Below are positions 13,549 through 26,072 of a stretch of 64,000 bases of DNA, piece by piece (position 1 is the stretch's first letter; every line of letters starts with the position of its first letter). Made by a program: the position numbers and the translations under genes. Below the pieces are notes generated by a model. The model saw nothing but the letters and a program-made list of their open reading frames with translations. It was not told where the DNA came from and made no database searches. The stretch covers positions 631,982 to 695,981 of the forward strand of contig NW_027192198.1 of NCBI RefSeq assembly GCF_041956535.1. Reading direction: 5' to 3'. Source of the stretch: Calcarisporiella thermophila CBS 279.70 (lineage: Eukaryota; Fungi; Calcarisporiellomycota).

Positions 13549-13994
13549 ATGCCTCACTTTTTTGTCCCTGCACCCCAAAAAACACTCACGTATCCCCTTC
13601 ACAAAGACTCTGTTGTCTATTTCGAAGGCAATGGGTATACGGTCAAAGTGAACAATCGTCGGCGCGTTATGCACCAATTCACGTCCTTCCCTGATCAAAA
13701 GGAAATAAAAAATTTTCGCCTAAATAGCGTGGGACGTGAAGGATCCTTTGCTGTCAGTTCGCAGGTGTATTCGTCCTATTCAGCTATTCGGTAATGAATG
13801 AATCGCTGGATTTGAACACTCCCCAAAAGCATATCGAGTATGCTCTCAGGCAATGCCTCTTTAATCTGAGCGACTTGGTGTATTCTCGTGATATTCTGAG
13901 CACATCCCGTCGTTTGCGTCAATCCGCAATATCGTTGCGCTTCTCTCAAAGTGCTTACGTTCAAAAGCTGGGAGCTCTGTTATCTCATCTGTAA
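13549..13994 (+). CDS. Small hypothetical protein (~126 aa if intron 13765-13829 is spliced)
   Basis: TATA box ~70 bp upstream, A at -3 of the ATG, CAG|GTGTAT...AAAAG|CAT joins the two ORFs in frame, AATAAA near 14113. Confidence 0.6.
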
Positions 13995-14787
13995 CTTCAT
14001 AGTGTTCATTCTGTAGATCATCCGTATCATTGACTAAGAGTCTCCCCCTATTTTCCACCTCTATATCAATATTATTGTTACATCATTATTATTCCCTCAT
14101 ACAATTCATGTCAATAAAAATGAATGTGTCCCTCAAAAAAACAAATTAATATTTCATATTACTTTAAAGGTTGCGGACAGTGCGCAAGTGATTTGAAAAG
14201 CACCAGTGGATCATTCCATCCATAGCGGTGCGGAGAGGATCCATTGTCCAATGGAAGCGACTAAGCGAGGCCAACGAATGAGCGTGAGTGCCGGGCGGTT
14301 TCTGCGATTTATTCCCTATGAAAAATCAGGAGGGGATAAATGCCCCCTTTTCCTTCCGATCATGGAAAGGTGGAGAACCATATAGCCCAGTTATTAGATA
14401 GAGGAGGACCGATCCAATGAAGATGTAGGGTGGCCGAAATTAAATAAAACATCGAAAAAAAAAATTGTTCTACTCATGAGAAATTTATGATGCCATCCCG
14501 CCATTTTCTATACTAGTTTTCAGGCTCGGGGATTAAACGCAGCGAAATTCGGTAGAATGCGGAACTGTCAAAATAGAATTTAAGGGCGCATCAAAATGTC
14601 TTGAATCACATGGCTCTGGGGATTGATATATCTCCTCGAGTCCTTTTCTCTCCTCTCTCCTAGGTTCTTCTCTCTTGCTTCTACTCCACACAGCTGCGTC
14701 CTGATTCCCTCCTCACTCTCTGTTTTTCCATCGCTCTTCTCCAACTTCCCCTTCGTTTTGTCCACTTAGTTACAATAGAGGCCGAGA

Positions 14788-15834
14788 ATGTCACAGCAAG
14801 GACAAAGAAAATCCCTCTCTACGCACCTTCTTGCAGGCGGTTGTGCCGGGTTAGCTGAGGCGTGCGTGTGCCACCCCCTGGACACAATCAAAGTACGTAT
14901 GCAGCTGGCAAAATCGGGCCGTGGTGCACAGTCGATGCAAAGACTGGGGTTTATCGGGGTAGGTGCGGCCATCGTCAAAAAGGAGTCGCCGCTTGCCCTG
15001 TACAAAGGGCTAGGCGCGGTAGTCTCTGGGATTGTGCCCAAGATGGCCATTCGCTTCTCCAGCTTTGAGCTGTATAAGGAGCTGCTGGCCAATAAGGAGA
15101 CTGGCAAACCTTCGACGTTGGCGACCTTTTTTGGTAAGTTTAGGGCGAATGCTTTAGAGTTTCCGGTGAGGATTAAGCTCCAAGTGCTAATGACGTTTGT
15201 TTGAATGTTAGCTGGGCTTTCTGCTGGTGTGACTGAAGCAGTCTTGGTAGTAACGCCCATGGAGGTGGTGAAAATCCGGCTTCAAGCGCAGCGCCATTCC
15301 ATGACCGACCCCCTCGATATTCCGAAGTATCGCAATGCTGGCCATGCCGCCTTCTTGATTGTTAAAGAAGAGGGACTTGGGGCGCTCTACAAGGGTGTCA
15401 CCCTTACGGCGCTTCGCCAGGCCACCAACCAAGCCGTGAACTTTACCGTTTACCAGGAGGTGAAAAAGCTTCTACACAAGCTGCAGCCCCAGTACGAGGA
15501 GCTGCCATCCTACCAGCACCTGATCGTGGGCGGGCTCTCGGGCGCGCTTGGTCCAATGTCCAATGCACCCATTGACACCATCAAGACAAGGATCCAAAAG
15601 AGCCGGGATCTAACCAAGGAGAATGGATGGACCCGCTTCCAACGAGTGACTCTACACATCCTTCGAAATGAGGGCTGGAGAGCATTCTACAAAGGGCTGA
15701 CACCCCGTTTGCTCCGTGTGGCACCGGGTCAGGCCATCACCTTCATGGTGTATGAGAAAGTGAAGAGCTGGATCGACGTCTGGAATGAAACGGGCGAGAG
15801 CTTGATGAGTAGAGTGAAGGGAAAGCTCGAATAA
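14788..15834 (+). CDS. SFC1: Mitochondrial succinate-fumarate carrier (MCF), 1 intron
   Basis: Three PxD/ExxKxR motifs (PLDTIKVR, PMEVVKIR, PIDTIKTR), plus GIVPKMAIRFSSFE, LQAQRHSMTDPLDIPKYRNA and RQATNQA typical of Sfc1/Acr1. Confidence 0.9.
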
Positions 15835-16192
15835 CACGCCATGATTTCTAGAGATTTTTATTTTATCGCTATAATCCATTATTTATTTTCCATCCTTAGA
15901 GCCAAGGATGGTGAGAACTATTGTTATATACATACACCTACATGACTCTTCTCCCTTCGAATTGTTTTTTTAAATATCGTGTTTGATACTCTGTTTGGCG
16001 AAAACATCAATAATTTACCATATTTCTTAGACTTACTTAGACTTGCATTGTATTTAGAGTGAGGGGGGAGGGAAGGGGGCGAAAATAAGAGTAAAGTATA
16101 ATATGAATTAAATCAACTGAATAAGAATACTGTTTATTATTCGTGCAGAAAGATGATGCCAATGAATAATGAGTAAAGCATCCGCTCCCAAG

Positions 16193-17403
16193 CTAACTTT
16201 GATCCATCTCATCTTTTGCCTCCTCTCTCCGATCCTCTTTGCCTCCCTCCATTCTCGCCAAATCATCCTCAGCCTTTCTCTTCCCGTTTCGCTTTTCAGT
16301 GGGTGCTCCTTTGCCCAATTTCCACTCCTCCTCTGGTTTTAAGTCTTTAAGAGGTGCCGCGCCTACCACGGCTCGGTATGTATTCCTTCGTGTTTCCGCT
16401 CTAAGTATCACAGCTCTTCCGTTGGCAGCAACGCAATCCTTTGCGGTGGCTTGATTTAGCCCGAAAAGTGCCCCAAGGTTAATGACATCGTATGGGCCCC
16501 GGAGCTCAAGGGCACGCTGAGCTTCACTACTGAGGATAAGATTTTTCCCGTGGGTGACTCGGACGAGAGCCTGGGCATTGCTTATAAGATGTCTTCGTGC
16601 AGAGTTATCTATTTGTCCAAAGAAGTGAAGAAGAGTTTTAGAGAGAGAATAGGCGCATTTTAGGTTGGGAAAGTCACATACCGCGAATGGCGCCCCCATA
16701 CCCAATTTCGAAATAGATCCCGCGATCAATTGCCTGCCCAACGGTCGTGTGCTTTAAGTAGAAAGGGAGTCTAGTAGAGAGATCCAGTGTAATTATGTCA
16801 ATTTCCAGGGTGGAACATGCGTGTTGGAAACCTTTCTCTGTCGTAGGTTTAACGGCCAGTAAATCATAGGATTGAGCAAGCGCGTTTGTACTTGTCTAGC
16901 AAGTCAATAACAATAGTCAGCGGGGGGATGGAGCAGAGGGAAAAGCACAGCGACATCTACCAAGCCATAGTTATGATTGCTCTCTTCAACAGTGACCGTT
17001 AACCGCGTAAGCTGTCGTATAGATCTTTCGTAGTTTGCAGTGTCCACTTTTTTTACTGGGTTTGCATTCTAACGAGATATAATGCATTATTATACTTGAG
17101 AGGGGCAAACTCTCATCAAGTTTCATCTTTACCCCACCACTAGTCGGCACTTTCCCGGTCATAGCATAATTGAGCGCCACAACGTCGTAGCCAACTATCC
17201 AAGGGCAGTGGAGACATCGTTAACCACCAAAATCAATTATTCTTATTGAATGTAGAGAGTGAAACAAGCTCTAGCAAAAACCAAATCATATTATTAGGCC
17301 TTGAGGTCCACTTACGATGACTTGCAAGTTTGACACTCTGTTGGACATCGTCTGAAGGTGCCCCTTTGCTTGTTGAGTATAATATGTTTAAATCGCAAAA
17401 CAT
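16193..17403 (-). CDS. RPP1: RNase P/MRP subunit p30 (PHP fold), multi-exon
   Basis: MFCDLNI start, LGYDVVALNY, YDLLAVKPTTEK, ARRHLISNA..L...THGKNLILSSEA.RALELRGPYDVINL. Confidence 0.85.
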
Positions 17404-17606
17404 TCCACTCAATCTTTACATTTCGCTATTGCCTCGAGACTGCATTATTTAAGCAGGCAGTCACATTCACCTGCGCCGTCCGCGGGAACAACCCGTATTC
17501 AATTTCACATGGATTATTACTATAACTACACCTCCATTCCTAGCAATCCTTGACCCGAATCCTCGCCTGAAGTTATTACTTTTTCTTTAAGAATTTGCAA
17601 AGTATT

Positions 17607-19123
17607 ATGGGTAAAGTTTACGTGGTATGTGGATGATATTTCCCATTTCTATTATCAGGACGAATTAATGAGAGTTGGCTGGCTGCTTACAGATCGGTGT
17701 CGGTATGACAAAGTTCCTCAAGCCTAGAGGCGAGGTGGATTATCCAGGTGTGCAAATTAGCAGGATATATTTCTAGGGTTGCTTTTGATTAATTTTTCCG
17801 TTTCTGCTTAGAAATGGGCCTGGAGGCTGCTGTCAAAGCGCTAAACGACGCCAACATTAGTTATGACCAGGTTCAGCAGGCGTTTGTCGGCTACGTCTAT
17901 GGCGACAGCACGTGTGGACAACGTGCACTCTATCAGCTTGGAATGTCGCAGATTCCCATCACCAATGTGAACAATAACTGCTCTACTGGGTCAACAGCGT
18001 TATTCAACGCGCGTCAGTTAGTGGAATCGGGTGCATTGGATTGTGCTCTTGCATTGGGTTTCGAGAAGATGGAAAGGGGTTCCCTGGGCTCAAAGTATGA
18101 GGATCGAACGAATCCAATGGGTGAGTCTACATGGCCCTACGGGGTTGGGAGAAAAACGTAGTTGCCCTAACATTTCCTCCCTTTCGGTTAGATCTCCACG
18201 TTGGAAACCTCATTGAAATGTGCGGCTTTGAGCCTAAGGCCCCGATAGCGGCCCAAATTTTCGGCAATGCTGGTGAGGAGTATATTAAGAAGTTTGGAGC
18301 ACGTCCAGAACATCTTGCCAAGATTGCGGAGAAAAACCATCGCCACTCCGCGCTTAACCCATACTCTCAGTTCCGCGACATCTACACTCTGGAACAGGTG
18401 CTCAGCTCGCCGAAAGTGTTTGCCTCATTGACCAAACTTCAGTGCTGCCCGACCTCGGACGGTGCTGCGTGTGTCATTCTAGCGTCGGAAAGATTTGTGA
18501 AGCAGCATGGCTTGCAAGACCGAGCCGTCGAGATACTGGGGCAGGCCATGGCGACAGACTCCTACAAAGCGTTCGAAAAGAGTGCCATAGAGGTGGCGGG
18601 TTACGATATGACAAAGCATGCCGCGGAAGAGGTGTACAAGCGGAGTGGCGTCTCTCCCCAGGATGTCCAAGTGGTGGAGCTCCATGACTGCTTCTCCGCC
18701 AACGAGCTTATCACATACGATGCCCTTGGACTGTGTCCCCATGGGCAGGCCCATGTCCTTGTGGACAAGGGCGACACGACCTATGGCGGCAAGTACGTGG
18801 TGAATCCGTCGGGTGGGCTTATTTCCAAGGGCCATCCTCTCGGGGCGACCGGACTGGCGCAGTGTGCGGAGTTGACGTGGCAGTTGCGTGGATGGTGCGG
18901 GGATCGTCAGGTGAAGCAGGTGAAACACGCTCTACAGCATAACATTGGGCTTGGAGGGGCTGCTGTGGTGACTCTGTATGGGCTCCCTCCATTCTTCCAG
19001 CGAGGCGACGATCCCGTGAAACGGTTGGGATACAACCCAGCCGTGGAGGCTCGGCCCATCTCTGAAGCCGAATTACAGAAAGCGGTGTCGAAGCAGAAAT
19101 TGCAACTCAGCGCCAACCTTTGA
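17607..19123 (+). CDS. SCPx-type (sterol carrier protein X) thiolase without an SCP2 domain, probably peroxisomal
   Basis: [10 protein letters not shown] catalytic Cys, [36 protein letters not shown]; 3 introns; C-terminal -ANL is a PTS1 variant. Confidence 0.9.
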
Positions 19124-19638
19124 GAGGTAGGGGGAGGGGTGGTTCCCGTCTAGTTTTATTTTCGCCTGTATTTCTTGATGTATCTTTGCTCGTCTACTCC
19201 TAATCACAGCTTGGTTTATTATTAAAGTATATGATGCCAGTTCTAGTCTATCGATAATTTCTCTATTTGGGATGCAAAGGGGGAGGATGAATTGCAAGTT
19301 TGACCAAAAGGAGAAGGATATATCTTTTGGAGAAGCGGGCCAATCTCGAGAAGAGAGAGAAAACGAAAAAAGCAGACAAGCGAGAAAGAAAAAGGAGACA
19401 GACATATATACAAGGTAAATAAAAAGGAGGCGAAATACCAAGAGACAGACGGAAAAAAAAACAAAGAGACGAAAAAAAGAAAAACAAGACCAATCTAGAT
19501 AATAAAAAGGGATGCAATGCTAGCATCGTACATAGGATAAATAAATGATACTTGTGGTGGTAGGTTTTCTCTGAGCAATGGTGATCACAGAAAAAAACAG
19601 ATAGTAGTGATAAGAAAATTCGAGGACAAGGGAGCTTT

Positions 19639-20595
19639 TCAATTTTCGTCCATGGGCGCCCAACTCAATCCTGCCGTCGCAGGCTCCCCGCTAGACGATC
19701 CGGAATGCGAATAGGGGTGGTAGTGGGTCAGCGACTTGCGCCGTGTTCGGCCAGGATGGTATTTTGGGTTGGTAAGACCTGGGATGGAAACATGAGATGC
19801 CAGGGGGGTCGAAGGCGAAGTGACCGAGCTGGCGCTCTCGGGGGAGAACGAGGGCATCGAGGTCTCATTTCGGGGGGACGACTCCGATGGGAGCAAGTTT
19901 CTCCTCGACATCGCAGCAACGGTGGGATTTGCGGTTTGAGCGGGATGAGACGGTGCGATCGTAGCAGGCATGTGGGTGGATGAGGAGGGATAGAGAGCGG
20001 AGGGCACCAGTTCGGAGAGAGCATCGTAGGAGCTCTGTAAAGCGGCACGAGCCAAGAGTTGTTCTCCGTAGCTCTGTAGCTCTTCGTTGGGCACATAGAG
20101 GTCAAAGTTGCAAAGGAAAAGAAACTCCAGCTCCAGCTGATTGAGCTCGAGCAGAGACACGCCGCCGACCTACACACAGTTACGGTTGAGTGAAATCCAA
20201 GCATGATAGGGACGTAAGCGGGCGGTATTTACCTTGGCATATCGAGTGTTCGGGTAAAACAAATCAGAGGTATACTTTGATGCCACCACAATGGCCGCTA
20301 TTAAGAGCCGGTGAACGTTGTATGAGTTGATTATGAATCCTTGGTTGCTCCTGTTCTCGGCAATGCGATCGAAGTACACCAGCACCGAAAGAAGGGCCTC
20401 GTTGGGGAATGGAGCAAACTTTAGGATGCGTGCGAGGTAGGCATGGACAGAAATGGAGGGGATGGCGCGAGAGTGGAAGTGAGTGATAGATGTGGGCGAG
20501 AGCGAGTTGTTGGCTTTAAGTATGCATTCGAGTAGAGATGACACAAGCTTGACGGTGGAAGAGACGGGGAAGGTGGCGAGATCGAAGGGGGCCAT
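19639..20595 (-). CDS. Pho80/Pcl-family cyclin, 1 intron
   Basis: FHSRAIPSISVHAYLARI, SYNVHRLLIAAIVVASKY.SDLFY.N.RYAK|VGGVSLLELNQLELEFL. Confidence 0.85.
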
Positions 20596-21582
20596 TGTAA
20601 TTGGAGTGTAGCGAGAAGTGTAAATGGATCCCCCCGAGAAGATGGGCGGAGGCGGGGAATTCGGGGAAGGCTAATGCGGGACGGGTAGCAAGGGCCAGGT
20701 TGTGAATTGGTAAACTGGGTTGTGTCTGATGAGAATTCTCGTTGATGCCCGGGGGAATAAGTCACAGGAGGGAGCCGCTGGGGATGCTAAGAAGAAAAGC
20801 AGGGGGGAGGAAGAGGGAAGGGCTCGGCCAGGTATATGTAGTAAAGAAATGTAATTCAAAAAAAAAAGAAAGTATGCTGCAAGCGCAAGGTTGTCCACGC
20901 CGGAACAATGACTGGTGTCCAGTACTCTGGGGCGGGTGCAATAAAATTTGACTTTTACATATAGGTTTTAAATTGCTAATAAGTGCTCTTATGGATAATA
21001 TCTAATTGCGTTACGTTGATCTCGCAGCGTTTCCGAATTCTCATCTTCTGAAATGTTCTTTTCCAATTACTATTGTAAGATGAAACATTGCCATTCTAAT
21101 TTCGATTGAAACCGAGAGGAGAGGAAAAACCGTTCGCGTTGGGTATTTCTGAATGATACTTGTTGCCAATTATTCTGACATCATTTTTCTTTGTGCGTTA
21201 CACACTGCAAAGAGAGTAATTCAATATGTGGTATCGTATGGGCCTTAGTGGCCTAGTAAGCATGCCCATTGTCTAAAAAATTCCATTCTGATTCAATTGA
21301 TGGACCGGAATGCTAGGCAATGATACAACAATCTTGCCCGGCCTGGTCGGAGAGAGAATCAGTCTCGGTTCAGGTTTCCGACCCTTTCGATTGATTCGGT
21401 TTTTATTTTCCCTTCAGCCAAGCTTTGTTATTTATCACTTGAAATATTGAAAACGTTTTACTCCCAAGCTTCTCGAAAATATACATATTATCCCGTTACA
21501 GCCTTCTAATTCCGTTAAACTTTTATTTCGTTATCTTAAGCTACGTCGCTCTTGATTTTGTCATCCATTCTTTTGTTTTATT

Positions 21583-22942
21583 ATGGCCACGCTCTTTCCA
21601 TTCAGTGATTACACTGAAATTAGTAATACCTCCGCCACTTTACAAACTTCCTCTCAGAAAAAGAGGCCTGGCCGTAAACCCAACCCCAACTCTGCCGAAC
21701 TTCGAAAGGCCCAAAATCGTGCAGCGCAGAGGGCTTTCCGCGAACGCCGTGAACGCCATCTTAAGGAACTTGAAGAGCAGCTGCAGAAACTGAGAGAGAG
21801 CGATGACCAGAGCAGCGTCAAGATCCGTTGCCTCAAAGCTATGGTCGACAACCTAGAGACAGAAAATCTGCTATTACGGCAGATTTCGCTGGGATTCATG
21901 CACATTATGAAGACAAACGAGATGCCATTGGAGAAACTGGATGAAAGCTTTGGCCAGCTATTTGGCGCTGGGGAAATGAAGCCATCGGAGTTTTTGCATT
22001 CGCTAGAGCTAACGGACGACTATCTACCAAAGGAATGTGGGTCCAGGGCTACGGCCGAAATGGATTCGGAGGTGGCGCGCAGTCTCTTCAACGGAGATGG
22101 CTTTTTGCCCCAGCTTATCCCTCCGAAAACCGAATATAACATGGACGTGGAGACAACTCCCATCACGCCCAACCTGCCGCTTGATTCCTCGCCACCTGGC
22201 GGTCTCTTCAATATGAATCAATTGCTTCCTCCCCTCTCGCTCGGATCTCCTGTCACCTCCAATGATGGCAGCGGAGACAACTCCTCACCAGAGCGCGACG
22301 TATGCGAACGAAATATGGTCGGAAGGTGTAAGTACCATTCCGGCAAACGCCTCTACGATCCCAACATCAACATGAATACGGTGGAAGCGGCCGCCATCAT
22401 CGCAATGCGACTACGGAGCGGTACCGATATTCCGGAAACAGGAAAGCCTACCTATCTGCAAAAAACAGTACCACACGATGAGCGCATCGATATGGTGCCC
22501 TGCCCCCGCATGCGGTGAGTATTCTACTGCACTCTGCTTGATCTCTCTATCCCCCGCGTTCTTTTCTTTCTCATTGACACGGAGTTCTGCGTAACTATGT
22601 TGGATCTAGGGACAAGCTAATCATGTTTGCTGGAAACTATGACATCGAGCATTTCTTTTCCGAGCTGATGAACACGGCAGTGTGCCACGGGGATCCACTG
22701 GTGCCCCAGTCTTGGGAAATTAGCGAGGGATTCTATGAAAAGTTCCCCTTCTTGCTCTGCCTCGACTGTCCAGACTCACTTCGTCGCATGATGAAGATTA
22801 AGATCAAGCGCGATCAAAAAACCCGCTTATTCGAGTCGCTCAGGGGACATCATCAAGGTGAGAAGGCGGGCCGCATTTTTGGGGTTGGACGTTTGAGATC
22901 GGCTGACATATTCTCTGTTGATTAGGTCCCCCTAGACACTAG
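21583..22942 (+). CDS. YAP-like bZIP transcription factor with C-terminal DUF3425-like domain
   Basis: RKAQNRAAQRAFRERR basic region plus leucine zipper; PTYLQKTVPHDERIDMVPCPRMR|DKLI and CHGDPL.PQSWEISEGF. Ends at 22942 if the last intron is spliced, 22925 if retained. Confidence 0.8.
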
Positions 22943-24250
22943 CAGTGCTTTGAAACACCTCTAGCTAGACACCATGAATTATTTCCAATTGACCGATTGT
23001 TTTTTTTTTCGACATAGCTATAGCCACCATTGATTGTATATTGGTATTATTTATACTACCCCTCATATTTCTTATTTGTCAAACGCATTTTTGTCATATA
23101 CTTCTTTTAAATTGTAATTCTCAGTGTTTGGAGGGCTACGCCTGTTAATGAAACTCAACTTAGCCTTTAACTAGGATGGCAGCAAAACATCCATCTGTTG
23201 GCGTCCCAAGCAGTTTTCCACGAACCCTCCTGTGGACTGGGGGGTTTCTCTCGCCCTGTTCATACGAATAGATTCCTATTTTGAGCTGTAGCCGACATCT
23301 TGTCACACCACTTGCTTCTATTTCACTTTTTGAGTTTCCTTATGGACCATTAACTCTTTATTTACCATGGTCTATTTCAAGAATGATCAATGGGCAAAGA
23401 TAAAAAGTACTCGATTCTGCTGAAGAGATGGGTCATAATTTGGAAATTATTAGAATGGAACTATCCATTAAGTTGCATTGCTTTTGTGGCCGATCCCATT
23501 CGGTCAATAAGAAAACGAGACGGAAGTGATGAACCTATTTTCTCTCGTCTCTCGAATTCACATAATACAAAACCTGCTAGAGTAGAGCGATACTCATTCT
23601 CGGCCGATGTCAGCACCTTTGCGATCCATGATATCTCATGATGCTCGATTCAATTCAAGTAAAAATCATAAGTTTATGACGATGCGACACATAAATTGCC
23701 GGAGTAGTTTTTTTTTATAAAAACCGGCCCTCTTAATAAGGGCTCTTATGGAAGGCCCAAGGGCTTTTAAGCTTAAAAATGTTAATACGAAAAGGATGTG
23801 CTACCAATTCCAATGTCACAAACTGTGTAAGTGTTACCGTCCTAGAATGCGAGCAATAGTGGCTTTGGTTATAGATGGAAAAAGCTGCCAATTTTTTATT
23901 TTTTCTCTTGCTTTTTTTTTTTAAAGCGTTCGAGTCACTCGAATATCACTGAGCAGAGGAAGAGCGAGCGATCCCCCTCGAAGCAGATTAACACCCTTGG
24001 GAACAAGTTCGTGATTGACAAGGTAAAATGGCGGTGGAGAGTGATTGTTCGACTCTCGATATTCTTGTGCGACTTTCCTTTGGGTTGTCCTCCCTTCCCC
24101 CCCTCCCCCCCTTTCCCCTTAAGCAAATGCGATTTTCTCATGTTGAGGCGGCCATTAAACCAGCATGGAGCTCTTTTTCACGCCCATTAATCACACTCTC
24201 CCTCTTTTCACCCTACGATTTCTAGATTCTCCCCGGCCCACTATAATTTC

Positions 24251-26072
24251 ATGACGGAACGCTCGGAGATTAACCATCCTGTTTCCACTCCTCAGCCGCC
24301 ATCCCCGCATTCCCGAAACGTGTACACTCCATCGTTCCAGTACACACGCCCCACCAACGCGCCCCTGATGGACAGAAAAGATCTGCTCCCCTCCGTTTCA
24401 TCCCTTTCTCCGTCCATTCCTGCGATGTATCAGCATCAGCAGACGATTGCTCAGCATTTTGGGCTGCCTCCCATTAAGACTAAAATGGAGGAGAGCGGTG
24501 TATATGATGGGTAGGAGTGTGCTGTATTTAGTGATTCCATAGAATGTATGCTCATGTGTGTGTAACTCCATCGACTGAAGATATGGGGCTTCGCTCCCCG
24601 GGGGACAACGTGTAGGCGTTTCATCGCCGGTCTCCAATCCCGAGCAGGAGAATAGCGTCCCCTTCACCCATAGCTTCACTCCCCGTTCGAATGTCCAATA
24701 TCATGCGCATCCGACGCAGCACCCTGCGCCCTATCCCCCGCAGCCCCTGCAGTTCCGCCGCAATCAGCGCGCCGTGGAACAGCATCAAAGCCCTACCCCC
24801 GAGATGGCCCCATTTTTCTACCCCACGAAGCAGTTTTGCACCCTCTACTCCATGGACCGCACGAACGAGCTGCGAGTCACCGTGCATGCCAAAACCGACA
24901 AGGGCTTCTTCATCGCCGAGAACGACTGGACCTGCTATCGCCGCAACTATTTCCACGTGAGCTGCGCGTTTAATGTGCAAGGGGTGCAGCGCGAGGTGCT
25001 GGAGGACGCGGTGGTCCCGTGCATGGTGGAGGCATCGCCGGGTCAGTTGCGCGTGGTCTCGTGTTTTCTGCTCGGCATCAATGCTCGCGTGTCCAACAGC
25101 GAGAGACGCGTGGAGCTTGTGCAGCACACGCCAAAACGCGACAAAGGGCCCCAGACGACTCCCGTGCCCAAACCGGTCCTTGCCGGGGGAGACCCGAACT
25201 CAAACTCACTCGTGTCGGGCCCTCGAGCCAATGTAGCCTGCTTTGAGCGGCTCCAATTCAAGACCGCGACGGCCAACAATGGGAAGCGTCGTGCAGCACA
25301 GCAGTACTATGTGCTACTTGTGGAGCTATGGGGGGTGTGTAGCGAGTCCGGCGAGCAAATCAAGGTTGCGGCGGCGCAGTCGGCCCCAATCGTGGTGCGT
25401 GGGCGGAGTCCTGGCCATTACGCGGACTCCAATGCAAACGCCGGTGGAAAAGACGGCGAGTTGAAGCAGCAGCTTGACCAGAAAGGAACGGTGTATGCCA
25501 TCCCCGGGCACATGGTCACCGGTGGCGACTACTATGTGCAAGGACCAGGCGGGGATGGAAAAGCGGCGCCCGCCACCGCGAGAATAGGAAATGTAGCAAC
25601 AATGACATCGGCAGAATACCCATCGCATGCAGGAGGAGGTGTTTATGTGGGATACCTACCGCCGCCGCCGCCGCCGTTTCACTCCCCCTCAAACTATGTC
25701 TATCAGGGGGGAGCGCCGCCGAATTTTGCGCCCTCCGGTGCCGACCCATTGCCGCCATCGCAGCAGCCGCCCCCACCGCAGCCTCATCGAAATGCGCCGC
25801 CCTCCTACCCTTCCCAAAGACAGCCGCAGCCACAGAGCAACAGTGACGGGTCCTCCACTCCCTCCTCCCCCTCCTCCCCTGAACAACGGCATCCCTATTT
25901 GAACGGCCAGCGGAATGAGGCAAAACAGGAGAATGGCGCATACCCTTTACCCCCATTCTCCGCGTCCCAATACACAGAAGGTAGGATGATCTCTGGCCCG
26001 GGTGAGACAGAATATCAAGAGAACCACGGTTCGCTTGCAGATAGAATAGCCGCGCAGAAATCAGCCTCCTAG
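24251..26072 (+). CDS. NDT80/PhoG-family transcription factor, 1 intron
   Basis: DKGFFIAENDWTCYRRNYF, LVQHTPKRDKGPQ, FERLQFKTATANNGKRRAAQQYY, PIVVRGRSPGHY; Pro-rich tail. Confidence 0.92.

Noticed and set aside
14240-14255. Inverted repeat TCCATTG-TC-CAATGGA upstream of SFC1, as a CSRE (Cat8/FacB) site
   Set aside because: Lacks the CCG half-site; too short to distinguish from chance.
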